Origin: a bacterium
GTDB lineage: Bacteria; Margulisbacteria; Marinamargulisbacteria; SXXA01
Assembly (NCBI GenBank): GCA_947502965.1
Contig: CANNCG010000002.1
Coordinates: 1-33,730 of the forward strand
Length of the DNA: 33,730 nt
Reading direction: 5' to 3'
Shown: in pieces, positions 1 through 9,218 of the stretch
How positions within the stretch are numbered: position 1 is the stretch's first letter
Layout: every line of letters begins with the position of its first letter
The notes under the pieces: model-generated
Seen by the model: the letters and a program-made list of their open reading frames with translations, nothing else
What the model was told of the DNA's origin: nothing
Database searches by the model: none
Program-made: the position numbers and the translations under genes

Positions 1-1
1 G

Positions 2-863
2 GGGACGCTGGATGCTGCGATCGTGAAGATCGTGACCAACTATCGGTCGACGCAAGACCGGTTGAGTGCGACCGCGAACCATGGGATCTCTGTGAGCTAT
101 GACATCCCGAGTGGGGAATTGCGTCTGAGTGGTGTGGCGACAGCGGCGGAATATGAATCGGTGCTGTCGGGTGTGGCGTACAACAATATTGCGGTGAGCC
201 CGTCGCCGTTGACAAAGCAGATACAGTTTGTGTTGGGGCGCAACGTGCCAACGACGCATAACTTGCATTTTTATGACAAGTATGGGGTGGATACCTTGCC
301 CGCGATCGCGCAGGAGTGGGCGGCTAGCACGCGGACACACGGCTATGTGACAGGCGCCGCACTGAGCTGGGAGCAGGCCCGTTTCTTGGCGAGTACGCGT
401 GCGTATTTGGGATGGAAGGGGTATTTGTCGACGGTGACCAGTTTATCTGAGGTACAGACGATAGGCAGATTGTTGACGGGAGAGGCATGGCTGGGGGCGA
501 CGGACCGTGCGAGTCAGAACAGCTGGCGGTGGGTGACGGGACCTGAGGGCTTGGAGAACAGTGGTGCTGGGCGTTTGTTTTCCAATGGGGGGACGTCGGG
601 TGGGCGGCTATTATACGTATTGGTCGTCAGGGCAACCGAGTGGGGGCTCTGGGGAGGACTATCTGCATATGGTGTATAGTCCGTTGTTGGGTGGTCAGTA
701 TCAATGGACGGATTTGCCCATAGGGGGGACGCTGCCTGTGTATCTCCCCAAGAAGTATGTTTCTGAGTATGGTGGTTTTGGCGGGGAGGCGACCTTTTGG
801 GTCGAATTTCCTGTCAAAGTCTTTGGCTCCAATCATACGATCTTTTTTGGGACGACGTTTTAG
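2..863 (+). CDS. 3' end of a large adhesin-like protein (Ig/cadherin-like repeat plus C-type lectin-like domain), 5'-truncated by the window and split by a +1 frameshift near 587-600
   Basis: Frame is open from base 2. LRLSGVATAAEYESVLSGVAYNN resembles adhesin repeats. WEQAR..GYLSTVTS..AWLGATD..WRWVTGPEG is the first half of a CLEC domain, and ORF 561..863 supplies the second half (YTYWSSGQP..EDYLHM..WTDL..YVSEYGG). Confidence 0.75.
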
Positions 864-874
864 GGTGGGGACTG

Positions 875-987
875 TACCCATCCCAAAATGAAACCGGGAG
901 CGGATTCCTTTCCAAATCGCGCTTACCACCTATGAGGAGTAGGCTCCCGCCATGATTTGAAATCCATGTTTCATTTTGGAACGGGTA
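875..987 (+). mobile_element. Palindromic MITE-like element, family A, copy 1
   Basis: TACCCATCCCAAAATGAAAC...GTTTCATTTTGGAACGGGTA, a 20-bp imperfect TIR; internal CAAATCG/TGATTTG inverted repeat; similar to the copies at 10409, 13858 and 16494. Confidence 0.85.
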
Positions 988-1034
988 TAGATAGTCAATC
1001 CTGTTTTTTACAAAGGCCTATTTTGCGGCACTGC

Positions 1035-1067
1035 AAAAAAAAAGCCGAACACAACGTGTTCGGCTTT
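1035..1067 (-). terminator. Intrinsic terminator downstream of tRNA-Ala
   Basis: Perfect hairpin AAAGCCGAACAC-aac-GTGTTCGGCTTT with an A9 run on the + strand (U-tract on the - strand). Confidence 0.85.
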
Positions 1068-1079
1068 GAATTGAATATT

Positions 1080-1155
<76 letters not shown>

Positions 1156-1160
1156 AAAGG

Positions 1161-1487
1161 TTAGTGGTGGTAAGCAACCCCACCGCGTTCTGAAAAGAGC
1201 CTGTCCAGATCATACATCTCACGAACGTTGTCTAGCAGAACATGAACAATAAAAGAACTTCCATCAAAAATCATCCAGCCACTCTCAGGCCTGCCTGAAA
1301 GCCGAGAGGCTTCTCTGTTTTTCCCTAGCGTTTTATCCGTTGTATCGACAATAGCACCCAAGTGAACAGAGTTTTGTGCTGTTACCAATATCACATCATC
1401 TACCAGGTCATGGGGACGAAGGGCATAACGAACAACATGCGTACCTTTAATATCTAGAAGCGCTTGAATAATGGTCTCGATGTTCAC
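1161..1487 (-). CDS. rsfS: Ribosome silencing factor RsfS (Iojap)
   Basis: ALLDIKG..DDVILVTAQNSVHLGAI..SGWMIFD..IVHV..REMYDLDRLF. Start placed at GTG 1487, which overlaps the LCP stop (GTGA). Confidence 0.88.
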   Translation of the reverse strand: MNIETIIQALLDIKGTHVVRYALRPHDLVDDVILVTAQNSVHLGAIVDTTDKTLGKNREASRLSGRPESGWMIFDGSSFIVHVLLDNVREMYDLDRLFSERGGVAYHH

Positions 1488-2944
1488 GGGGTTACTGGTT
1501 TCGCTTCCTGAATCGGCTTCTGTTCGTAAATATGTTGTTTTGATGTGACCCAATCCTTACCCAATACAATGGTAATGCCCAATGTTTTTTCGGGCCTATC
1601 ATAGACAATTATCTTTGTAGGGTCAATTGAGAGAAGTTGGGACAATGCCAATGAAGCATCCATTTTGCCTTTCCAGTCGACGATAAGGGTCTCTTTGTAC
1701 TGAAAAGAAGCCGCATTTCCGGTGCGCCGTACAGCGATACCAAACTTTTTGAGATGGGCGGCTAGCCGGTTGGCTTGACCTGCGCCGCCATAGCCATTTA
1801 GGATTTCTACGACCAATTTTTGTTGTTTGAGGTATTGCTTGGGTTTGTTCAGATCGGTTTGTTGGCTAAACCAATTGACCTCTTTGAGCGTCATGTTGCG
1901 ACGGGAATCTTTGCTGGCATCCGTGTCTTCGGTGTTGATTTTGGCGATGACTTCTTTGTCTGCAATACTGCCAAATCCCATGAGGGTCTGGACGACCTTG
2001 TCTACAGTGGCCAGGTCGGGCCGCCAATAGCTGACCCCGCCAATGAGGGCGGCGCTGCCGGGGAGCGTCGCTGTGTCCATGCGGTTGGCATTAAAGGCTT
2101 CTTTGAATTGCAAGGCCATGCCAGCAATCTGTCGGGAGCTCATATCCGTGTCCACCATACGGCTCATACGTCCCAAAATAATGGGAAGCTCTGTGGGGTT
2201 ACCACTAGCGAGCATTTTTTTTGCAAAGGCTTGCACAAATGACTGCTGACGTTGGATACGTCCCAAGTCGGCGTTACCATCATGTCGGAAGCGTAGATAT
2301 TGAACGGCCTGCTTGCCATTGAGGTTTTGATTTCCTTTTTTGAAGTCGATATAGAGGTCTCCCGCTTGATCCATGTAGTAAAGGTCTTTGGGTATCTCTA
2401 CGGTGACGCCACCAATTTGGTCAATGAGGGTTTCCACCCCAGACATGTTAACCTTGATATGGTAGTCGATAGGCACCCGAATAAAGTCACTGACTGTTTG
2501 TCGCGTGAGTGGGATGCCGCCATAGGCATAGGCGTGGTTGATTTTGGTCCAGCCAATTTCTGGGATTTTTACCCTTGTGTCACGGGGGATAGACAGCACA
2601 CCGATACGGTTTTTTTCTGCATTTAGATGGATGACCATGAGGGTGTCTGCCCGTTGTACCTTGGCGGTGTTGTCAACGCCAATTACCAGTACGTTTACAC
2701 CACTTAATTTTTCTTTTGGGGCCAGCATCAATAAAAATTCTAAAACGGCGATACGGCTGAGTGCAGCAGAAATGAGAAAAGTAAGAATATAAAAAAATAG
2801 GGCGATCCCAATGGGGATAAGTGACAGTTTGATCCACGTTTTGGGAGAAACACGGGCCAGTTTTCTACCTAACCGAGCCAAAAACCAGAGCGTGGCACCT
2901 ACAGACTGTATAACCAGTGTGAAGACAAAACGAATAAACGGCAT
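1484..2944 (-). CDS. LCP (LytR-CpsA-Psr) family protein with C-terminal LytR_C domain
   Basis: N-terminal TM segment; NVLVIGVD, RADTLMV, LSIPRDTRV, KINHAYAYGG, YLRFRHD..DLGRIQRQQ; C-terminal VEILNG..G.A..LA and IVLGKD. Confidence 0.93.
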   Translation of the reverse strand: MPFIRFVFTLVIQSVGATLWFLARLGRKLARVSPKTWIKLSLIPIGIALFFYILTFLISAALSRIAVLEFLLMLAPKEKLSGVNVLVIGVDNTAKVQRADTLMVIHLNAEKNRIGVLSIPRDTRVKIPEIGWTKINHAYAYGGIPLTRQTVSDFIRVPIDYHIKVNMSGVETLIDQIGGVTVEIPKDLYYMDQAGDLYIDFKKGNQNLNGKQAVQYLRFRHDGNADLGRIQRQQSFVQAFAKKMLASGNPTELPIILGRMSRMVDTDMSSRQIAGMALQFKEAFNANRMDTATLPGSAALIGGVSYWRPDLATVDKVVQTLMGFGSIADKEVIAKINTEDTDASKDSRRNMTLKEVNWFSQQTDLNKPKQYLKQQKLVVEILNGYGGAGQANRLAAHLKKFGIAVRRTGNAASFQYKETLIVDWKGKMDASLALSQLLSIDPTKIIVYDRPEKTLGITIVLGKDWVTSKQHIYEQKPIQEAKPVTP

Positions 2945-2975
2945 GAAAGTCCTTCAAGAATAAAATTTTGCTGGG

Positions 2976-3644
2976 TTAGTAATAACGTGAAACATGGGTT
3001 TTCCAGTAGTGGAGGGAGGCCCCTGTCATACCATTCGAATGCGCATTGTAACAGCGAAGTGTCAAAGGATGAATAGCTTTTTGTTGCTTGGTGAGCCCTA
3101 TAATGCCGCTCGTTACAATGATGGCAATGGCGAGTCCCAGTTTGTCTCCAAATGAAAGCTCATGGAGCACGTCGTTTTGAAAGATGTCTGCAAGGACGGC
3201 TCTGTCTGCAAAGGGGCGTCCAGGCTCTATGTAGTCTGCGATGTATAGGATGCTGTCCAAAGGGGACATGTTTCCCGTGCCGGTGGTGTGGTAGCGAATA
3301 GCACGGGATATCTCGGCGTCCTGCGGTCCCAATAGCTGTTCACTCATGCATGGTCCGGCGAAGGCATGCCAGACGGCGGGATAACGGATATACGTGCTGG
3401 CGTACCAAGGATGCTTGGCGATACCAGCATCACAGAGTTTTTGCGGGGACATGGCTTTTGCGATGTCATGCAGAAGCCCTGCGCTGTAGGCTTTTTCTGG
3501 TAAAAATTTAGAAGTGGCGCTGTCGCAAGGCTGCAAAAGCGCCAACTGTCTCGCGGTTTCAGCCACGCGTAGGCTGTGTGCGACACGAGACTTGGGCAGA
3601 TACTGCTCCAAAAGCGGCAGTATCTGCCCCATCATATCCTGCAT
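2976..3644 (-). CDS. yqeK: HD-domain hydrolase, YqeK family (symmetrical Ap4A hydrolase)
   Basis: RVAHSLRVAETA, AGLLHDIAK, WHAFAG, AIRYHTTG, ILYIADYIEPGR; conserved yqeK-LCP-rsfS context. Start taken at ATG 3644, just after the upstream stop. Confidence 0.88.
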   Translation of the reverse strand: MQDMMGQILPLLEQYLPKSRVAHSLRVAETARQLALLQPCDSATSKFLPEKAYSAGLLHDIAKAMSPQKLCDAGIAKHPWYASTYIRYPAVWHAFAGPCMSEQLLGPQDAEISRAIRYHTTGTGNMSPLDSILYIADYIEPGRPFADRAVLADIFQNDVLHELSFGDKLGLAIAIIVTSGIIGLTKQQKAIHPLTLRCYNAHSNGMTGASLHYWKTHVSRYY

Positions 3645-3645
3645 T

Positions 3646-4776
3646 TTAGAAAAGAAACCCAAGCTCTACCATGTGATAGCTAATGGGGGCTTTACCTGCA
3701 ACATCACCGAGTTCTTTGGAGACATAGGCGTAGTTGAGGTGAAAGACAGTGAGGTCTAGACCTGCTCCAAAGACAGGGTACCCTTGTGATAATCCTGTCC
3801 GAAAACTGACCAAATTCCCGAAAAATTTCTTTTCAACACCCATGTAGAGTCCTGTGAAAAAACTTCTGGAGGGGTAGAGATGGTAGTCTGCGGCAAGCTC
3901 AAACTTTCCGAGATACGGAAAATCTGGGGTCATGGCAATCCCGACGAGGGTGCTGACAGGCAGTTTCACTGCGACAGACTGGGGTTTTGTGAGGACTTTT
4001 TTGTTGCCGTTGAGGGTGCCTGCGATATTGCGGACGGCCATTCCAAAGGTGCCGGTCTGTCCGTAAAAATCGAAGGGGGTCAATAGTCCAAGGTCAATGC
4101 CAAAACCTGTGACGCCATACGTTTGGCCAATACGGTCTTTGAGTGTGTCTTGATTGATGGCTTGGATGAGGTCTGCGGATTTCATGATGAGTTCATCATC
4201 GCCTGTGAGGTTGTCGTAGATGATACTGCGGTTGATGTATTTGCCAGAGATGCCCACGGTGACAGGGTGGGACATTACCGTGGTCTGATGCGAAATCCCA
4301 GCAGCCAGTGCCAGGTCTGTATTGCCTTTCATTTTCATCGTCGGATCGACTTTGTTGACAATTTGGGTGAGGGTTTCGATGCCCCCAAACGCACCCACGC
4401 CAAAATCTTTTTGAACATAGGATAGGAGTGGCGTAATCTGTAAATTGAGGCTCCCCTTGAATGGGATTAAGTCTTTGAGGGCGGCCTCTTGGTCTGCGCC
4501 GTCATCATTGAGGGTATTAAATTTGGACAAATTTTCCAGATAGTGGGTGCCCAATTCAGCGCGAAGTCTAGGGAATTTGAGGTGATAGCTGATGACATTG
4601 TTGAGACCGGCGGGATTGAGATAGAGGGCGCTGTCATCCCTGACACTGGCAACGCCGGCATTGCCCATGCCAAGTTTTCGAATATTATTGAACAGGAGGT
4701 CTGGCGTGTCGGCCATGACGGTGGCGCCCACCATGGTGCTCATACACAGGGCATAAAAAAGATTTTTGGTGTTCAT
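3646..4776 (-). CDS. Outer-membrane beta-barrel, TraF_2/PorV/FadL-like superfamily
   Basis: Signal peptide; RKLGMGNAGVA..DDSALYLNPAGL motif; amphipathic strands (GFGIDLG, FHLNYAY); C-terminal Phe (VELGFLF). Confidence 0.75.
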   Translation of the reverse strand: MNTKNLFYALCMSTMVGATVMADTPDLLFNNIRKLGMGNAGVASVRDDSALYLNPAGLNNVISYHLKFPRLRAELGTHYLENLSKFNTLNDDGADQEAALKDLIPFKGSLNLQITPLLSYVQKDFGVGAFGGIETLTQIVNKVDPTMKMKGNTDLALAAGISHQTTVMSHPVTVGISGKYINRSIIYDNLTGDDELIMKSADLIQAINQDTLKDRIGQTYGVTGFGIDLGLLTPFDFYGQTGTFGMAVRNIAGTLNGNKKVLTKPQSVAVKLPVSTLVGIAMTPDFPYLGKFELAADYHLYPSRSFFTGLYMGVEKKFFGNLVSFRTGLSQGYPVFGAGLDLTVFHLNYAYVSKELGDVAGKAPISYHMVELGFLF

Positions 4777-4787
4777 TTGTATTCCAT

Positions 4788-5705
4788 TTAGGGTGTCTTG
4801 ATATAGGTAAAGATTTTGGCTAATGCGGCTATAATTACGAATTCTCTTTGATCTGGTGACTCGGGTAGAGCGACAATGTATGCGTCGATACCTGTGACCG
4901 GAGTAGCCGTGCCATTGACATATTTTTGTAGTCTGAAAGTTTGTCTGTCTTTTACGGCTGTATGGAGATTTTTCAAGTTGAGCCCAACAACCCGAATCTT
5001 TTCGGCTTGTTGCAATTGGTGTTGTGTAAGCGCATTGGCGGAACTGAAGCCATTAAGGGCATTTTCAGCATAGTAAAAAACAGTCCGGCTACCGCCCATC
5101 AGATAGTCGAGGGCTTCTTCATAGGTTGCGACTGCGCTTGTTTTTGTAACGGTGCCCTCTGTGGCGATATGAAAGACCCGGGTGGTCATTTTGACGACAA
5201 CAGTGAGATTCGCCAAGCCTCTGAGAAATTGTTTGTTTGTTTTCAGAGAAGATTCGCTTCCTGAGGAAATTCTTACTGAGCTCATGGCGCTCAGATTCCC
5301 ACCACCCAATTCGTAGGCCATGTTGAAGGTGTCTGCAATTTCTTGTGAATCAGAGGGGGTAATCTCAAACATAGTGCTGAGCGTGTCGATAAGATTGGCT
5401 TCGTTGGTTTTTTTTAAGATACTGGTGAGTGAGAGGGGTGATATAGCGTGGATTCCTAGGAGCGCGCTTCCTTTTTCGGCATAGGCGGCTTGTTTTTCCT
5501 CTGTGCTTGCATTGGGGTTGTGAATGGTCGCCTGCGAGAGTGATAGTGCTCTGGCATAGTCGCCGTTCTCATTGGCTTCTTGGGCTGTTCTTGCGGCGGT
5601 GTCTCCGTCAAGACCCTTGAAGAGGCTTTCTCCACAACCGGGTAAGAATAAAAATGTCGCTAGACATAAACAGGCTGTTACAATCGACATATATCGTTTT
5701 TTCAT
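4788..5705 (-). CDS. Uncharacterised helical/TPR-like lipoprotein
   Basis: MKKR followed by a hydrophobic segment and LPGC lipobox; GDYARALSL TPR-like helix; SD-like GAGAGGG upstream. Confidence 0.75.
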   Translation of the reverse strand: MKKRYMSIVTACLCLATFLFLPGCGESLFKGLDGDTAARTAQEANENGDYARALSLSQATIHNPNASTEEKQAAYAEKGSALLGIHAISPLSLTSILKKTNEANLIDTLSTMFEITPSDSQEIADTFNMAYELGGGNLSAMSSVRISSGSESSLKTNKQFLRGLANLTVVVKMTTRVFHIATEGTVTKTSAVATYEEALDYLMGGSRTVFYYAENALNGFSSANALTQHQLQQAEKIRVVGLNLKNLHTAVKDRQTFRLQKYVNGTATPVTGIDAYIVALPESPDQREFVIIAALAKIFTYIKTP

Positions 5706-5999
5706 GTATAGACCCTCTCTTTCCTTGATGTATTTTCGTATGCACTAAAGTATCCATCGTAGCCATGCGTCTATGAAACGACAAGGTGGAATTGTATGCG
5801 GTTTTTTTTGGGGTACTCAGCGTCCCCTTCTTTTTTCTTTCTCGGTTTTGCCGAGAAAAAATTTTTTTTGAAAGTTTTGCGCATTTTTGATCCCGTTTCT
5901 GTATCGTACTGGTTAGGTTTTGCTTGTTCACGCCAGTGCTTAGACATATATAAGAATGAGGGGTAAACTACCCCAAACAATAGGAGAGTGTGCGTGATC

Positions 6000-6809
6000 A
6001 TGAAAAATAACACCGCAATATCGTGGGTGTTTCTAGGGGTTCTGCTGGTCGCTACATGGGGTGGCTTGACTGGCTGTAGTGCGGTTCCCATCACAGGCCG
6101 TAGCCGCTCTGTGGTGATGGATGAGGCACGGCTCGCCTCTGTGAGTGAAACCGAATACAAAAAGCTCATGTCACAATCCAAAGAATCGCAAGATGCCTCT
6201 GCGAATGCCATGGTCTCTCGTGTGGCCAAACAGATGGTTGCGGCGACGGAGTCCCTTGCAAAAGACTATGGTTTTTCCCAGGATTTGGCCTTTTATAAAT
6301 GGAGATTCACCCTGATTGAGGATCCCAAGATGGTCAATGCCTTTTGTTTGCCAGGGGGCAAAATTGTGGTCTATACGGGTATTTTGCCCATTGCGCAAGA
6401 TGACGCTGGTTTGGCGGTGATCGTGGGCCATGAGATCGCGCATGCCATTGCCAAACATGGCAATGAACGTATGAGCCAAACGGCTTTGGTTAATTTGGGT
6501 AGCATTATTTTGGACAAAACATTGGAGACGTCTACTGAGGAAACCAAAAGTTTGTTTGGAGGGATTTACGGGCTAGGGACAACCTTGGGTGTTTTGTTGC
6601 CCTATAGCCGCTTACACGAAACAGAGGCGGATCGTATTGGGTTGATTCTCATGAAAAAGGCTGGCTATGACCCAAAAGCGGCGATTGGATTTTGGCAACG
6701 GATGTCGGCGCAATCTGGGGGGAAAACCCCTGCTGAATTTTTGTCCACACACCCGTCGGATGCCACTAGGATTGCCGATATTAAAGCGTTAATAGACAAG
6801 GGACTTTAG
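6000..6809 (+). CDS. M48 family zinc metallopeptidase lipoprotein
   Basis: LTGC lipobox, NAFCLPGGKIVVYTG, GHEIAH zinc motif, YSRLHETEADRIG, EFLSTHP. The start could instead be GTG 5988 or 5994. Confidence 0.93.
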   Translation: MKNNTAISWVFLGVLLVATWGGLTGCSAVPITGRSRSVVMDEARLASVSETEYKKLMSQSKESQDASANAMVSRVAKQMVAATESLAKDYGFSQDLAFYKWRFTLIEDPKMVNAFCLPGGKIVVYTGILPIAQDDAGLAVIVGHEIAHAIAKHGNERMSQTALVNLGSIILDKTLETSTEETKSLFGGIYGLGTTLGVLLPYSRLHETEADRIGLILMKKAGYDPKAAIGFWQRMSAQSGGKTPAEFLSTHPSDATRIADIKALIDKGL

Positions 6810-6965
6810 TTTTTCGGGGGAAGCCCCCAAGCCACTGCGCCGTTCTTCTTTGGGGTTAATTTGTAAGCTTGTTTATTTTTTAGTTGCGTTATATTTTTAT
6901 TTATTATTTTTAAATTACGAATTTTATTTTCAACCCATGCCAATGCCCTGTTTCTGGGTATCGTA

Positions 6966-9188
6966 TTGGGACACTACACGCTGTACCAGTATCTCCCCTT
7001 GGCGTGGGCGCTTTGTATAGGGGTAGGATTGGCCATTGGCAGTTGTTTTTTTCTCGAAAAACGCTGGCAAATGGCAATGTGTATCGGCATATGGGCCATG
7101 TCTGGATTTCACGGGATTCGGGATGCGACCTTTTGTCTCGATACGGGAGGTGACTTTTCGGGGCAGATTCAGGTCATGACGGTGCCTGAAAAAACAATCA
7201 CAGGAGGGTGGCGATTCATAGGACAATCAGCGGAATCATCTCGCTACAGTGTGAGCCTTCGAAAGCGGGAGTCGCCACAGTTGGGAGATGTTTTCGCGAG
7301 TACGGGTCTTGTGGATCCTGGAAGCCCCCCTCGAAACCCTGGTTCTTCGGACATGCGCGACTATCTCAAGAGAGCGCGTTTGTCGGGCTTCCTGCGGCTA
7401 AAATCAGTAGAAAAAGTGGGACAGGAGGCGCCGCTATGGACCGGTTTTGTGGCGGGATTGCGGCATCGCTTGGTCAGCGCAACGCAGGCAACCCTTCCAG
7501 AAAATTATGCCAATTTATTGATAGGGCTCATTCTTGGCGACAAGGGGATCACCTTGGATGCGACATGGGAATCTTGGTATCGTAATCTAGGGCTGATTCA
7601 TATATTGGTGGTGTCTGGGTCTCAAGTGAGTTTGTTGAGTGGGATTTGCTTTCTGATGTTAAGGCCTTTGCGTCTTTCTGGTTTGTATCAATACGGCATT
7701 ATGACTAGTATTAATATTTTGTTTTATTCCTTAACCGGTGGCGGAGAGTCTATTTTTAGGGCCATTCTGATGACGCAGATTCTGCTCTATCTAAAGCTTA
7801 TAAGACAAAATAGCAATGCCCTGGATATTCTCTGTACCACGGCCTTGGTAATGGTTTTGTGGGATCCTGCTTTGGCTTTTAATTTGGGGTCCCAGTTGTC
7901 TTTTTTGGCGACAGCATCGCTTATTTTTGGGGTGCCTGCCATGACCCAAAAAATGCAAAGAATACCCCCTTTTCTTCGTGAAATGTTGGCATTGAGTGTG
8001 GCGCCTTTTATCTTTACGGCCCCTTTGATTTGGCATCACTTTCAGGGGGTCTCGATACTATCTCCTTTGGCGAATATGCTCGTATTGCCCTTGATTGAAA
8101 TCTTGGTGCCGATTGGCTTTTTTTGTATGGCGGGCAATGCACTTGTCCCATGGCTGGTGACCTGGCCGATGCAAGGCTGTTTGGGGTTGATGCAAGGGCT
8201 CAATGCCCTTGTTTCCGGATTGGTATCTTTGGGCGTGAAACCCGTTTTGTTGCCCAAAATAGACTTGTTGCATACAGGGCTCTTGTATCTGGGTGGCTAT
8301 ATGGCTGGCTGGGGATCTCAGCCTCAGATACGTCGGTATGGGGTCTGTCTCTTGCTGGGTATCTGTGTCAGTGTGACGGTGATGACATGGTGGCCACGTG
8401 CGTATTACACGGTGACCTATTTGGACGTGGGGCAGGGCGATGCAACCTTGATTCAGACGCCGCATGGGAGGACCTATTTGATTGATGCTGGCAACCGGGT
8501 TGTGGATTTTCGTACAGGAAAGGTTTTGTGGGATATGGGGGAGCGTGTGGTGCTGCCCGCCTTGCGGTATTACGGGGCGCGTCGTTTGGAGGGGGTGCTA
8601 TTGACACACTTTGATATGGACCATGTTGGGGGTGCTCAAAGTGTGATGGAGAGCATGTCTGTGACTACGCTTTTGACGCACCACGCGCCAGATTTGGCGA
8701 AGGCGGGGCTCTCCGAAACGTTGCCGTTATGGCGTATAGAGCAGCCGGTCAAGTGGGTGTTGGATAAAGGGGCCTATCTTTTGTTTTTTCCGTTTGCTTT
8801 TCAGAAAAATACGGCAAACGAAAACGAAAGATCGGTGGTGTGTCAGCTTGTCATTGGCGACCATCGTTTTTTATTTACAGGGGATTTGGAGGCCGAGGGG
8901 GAGGCGTATTTGGCGGCAACCTACGGGGATGCCTTGCGTTCGGAGATCTTTAAGGCGGGGCATCACGGGAGCAAAACATCGAGCACGGCGGCCCTGCTGC
9001 GCTATGTGCAACCTGACATAACGGTCATCAGTGTCGGTGAAAAAAACCGATATGGACATCCCCATAAAGACGTCGTGGACAGATTTAAATCAGAAGGTAT
9101 ACGTATCTATCGCACAGATAGAGAGGGCGCTGTAGAGCTCAAAACAAATGGGAAGACAGTGTGGGTGAAGACCTACGTAACCGAGTAG
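6966..9188 (+). CDS. comEC: DNA uptake competence protein ComEC/Rec2 with metallo-beta-lactamase domain
   Basis: NPG..D, GLIHILVVSGSQV, SQLSFLAT, LDVGQGDA, LTHFDMDHVGG, LFTGDLE, GHHGSKTSS, NRYGHPH. Exact start uncertain. Confidence 0.93.
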   Translation: MGHYTLYQYLPLAWALCIGVGLAIGSCFFLEKRWQMAMCIGIWAMSGFHGIRDATFCLDTGGDFSGQIQVMTVPEKTITGGWRFIGQSAESSRYSVSLRKRESPQLGDVFASTGLVDPGSPPRNPGSSDMRDYLKRARLSGFLRLKSVEKVGQEAPLWTGFVAGLRHRLVSATQATLPENYANLLIGLILGDKGITLDATWESWYRNLGLIHILVVSGSQVSLLSGICFLMLRPLRLSGLYQYGIMTSINILFYSLTGGGESIFRAILMTQILLYLKLIRQNSNALDILCTTALVMVLWDPALAFNLGSQLSFLATASLIFGVPAMTQKMQRIPPFLREMLALSVAPFIFTAPLIWHHFQGVSILSPLANMLVLPLIEILVPIGFFCMAGNALVPWLVTWPMQGCLGLMQGLNALVSGLVSLGVKPVLLPKIDLLHTGLLYLGGYMAGWGSQPQIRRYGVCLLLGICVSVTVMTWWPRAYYTVTYLDVGQGDATLIQTPHGRTYLIDAGNRVVDFRTGKVLWDMGERVVLPALRYYGARRLEGVLLTHFDMDHVGGAQSVMESMSVTTLLTHHAPDLAKAGLSETLPLWRIEQPVKWVLDKGAYLLFFPFAFQKNTANENERSVVCQLVIGDHRFLFTGDLEAEGEAYLAATYGDALRSEIFKAGHHGSKTSSTAALLRYVQPDITVISVGEKNRYGHPHKDVVDRFKSEGIRIYRTDREGAVELKTNGKTVWVKTYVTE

Positions 9189-9218
9189 TCATTGGATAAG
9201 GTTGGGTGTCGTCGTCGT

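Noticed and set aside
2-863. Lectin gene as a diversity-generating retroelement target
   Set aside because: No reverse transcriptase and no adenine-variant template repeat were seen in the window; the upstream region is not visible.
5608-6229. Minus-strand ORFs 5608..5931 and 5771..6229
   Set aside because: They overlap real genes, cross a low-complexity promoter region and show no recognisable motifs.
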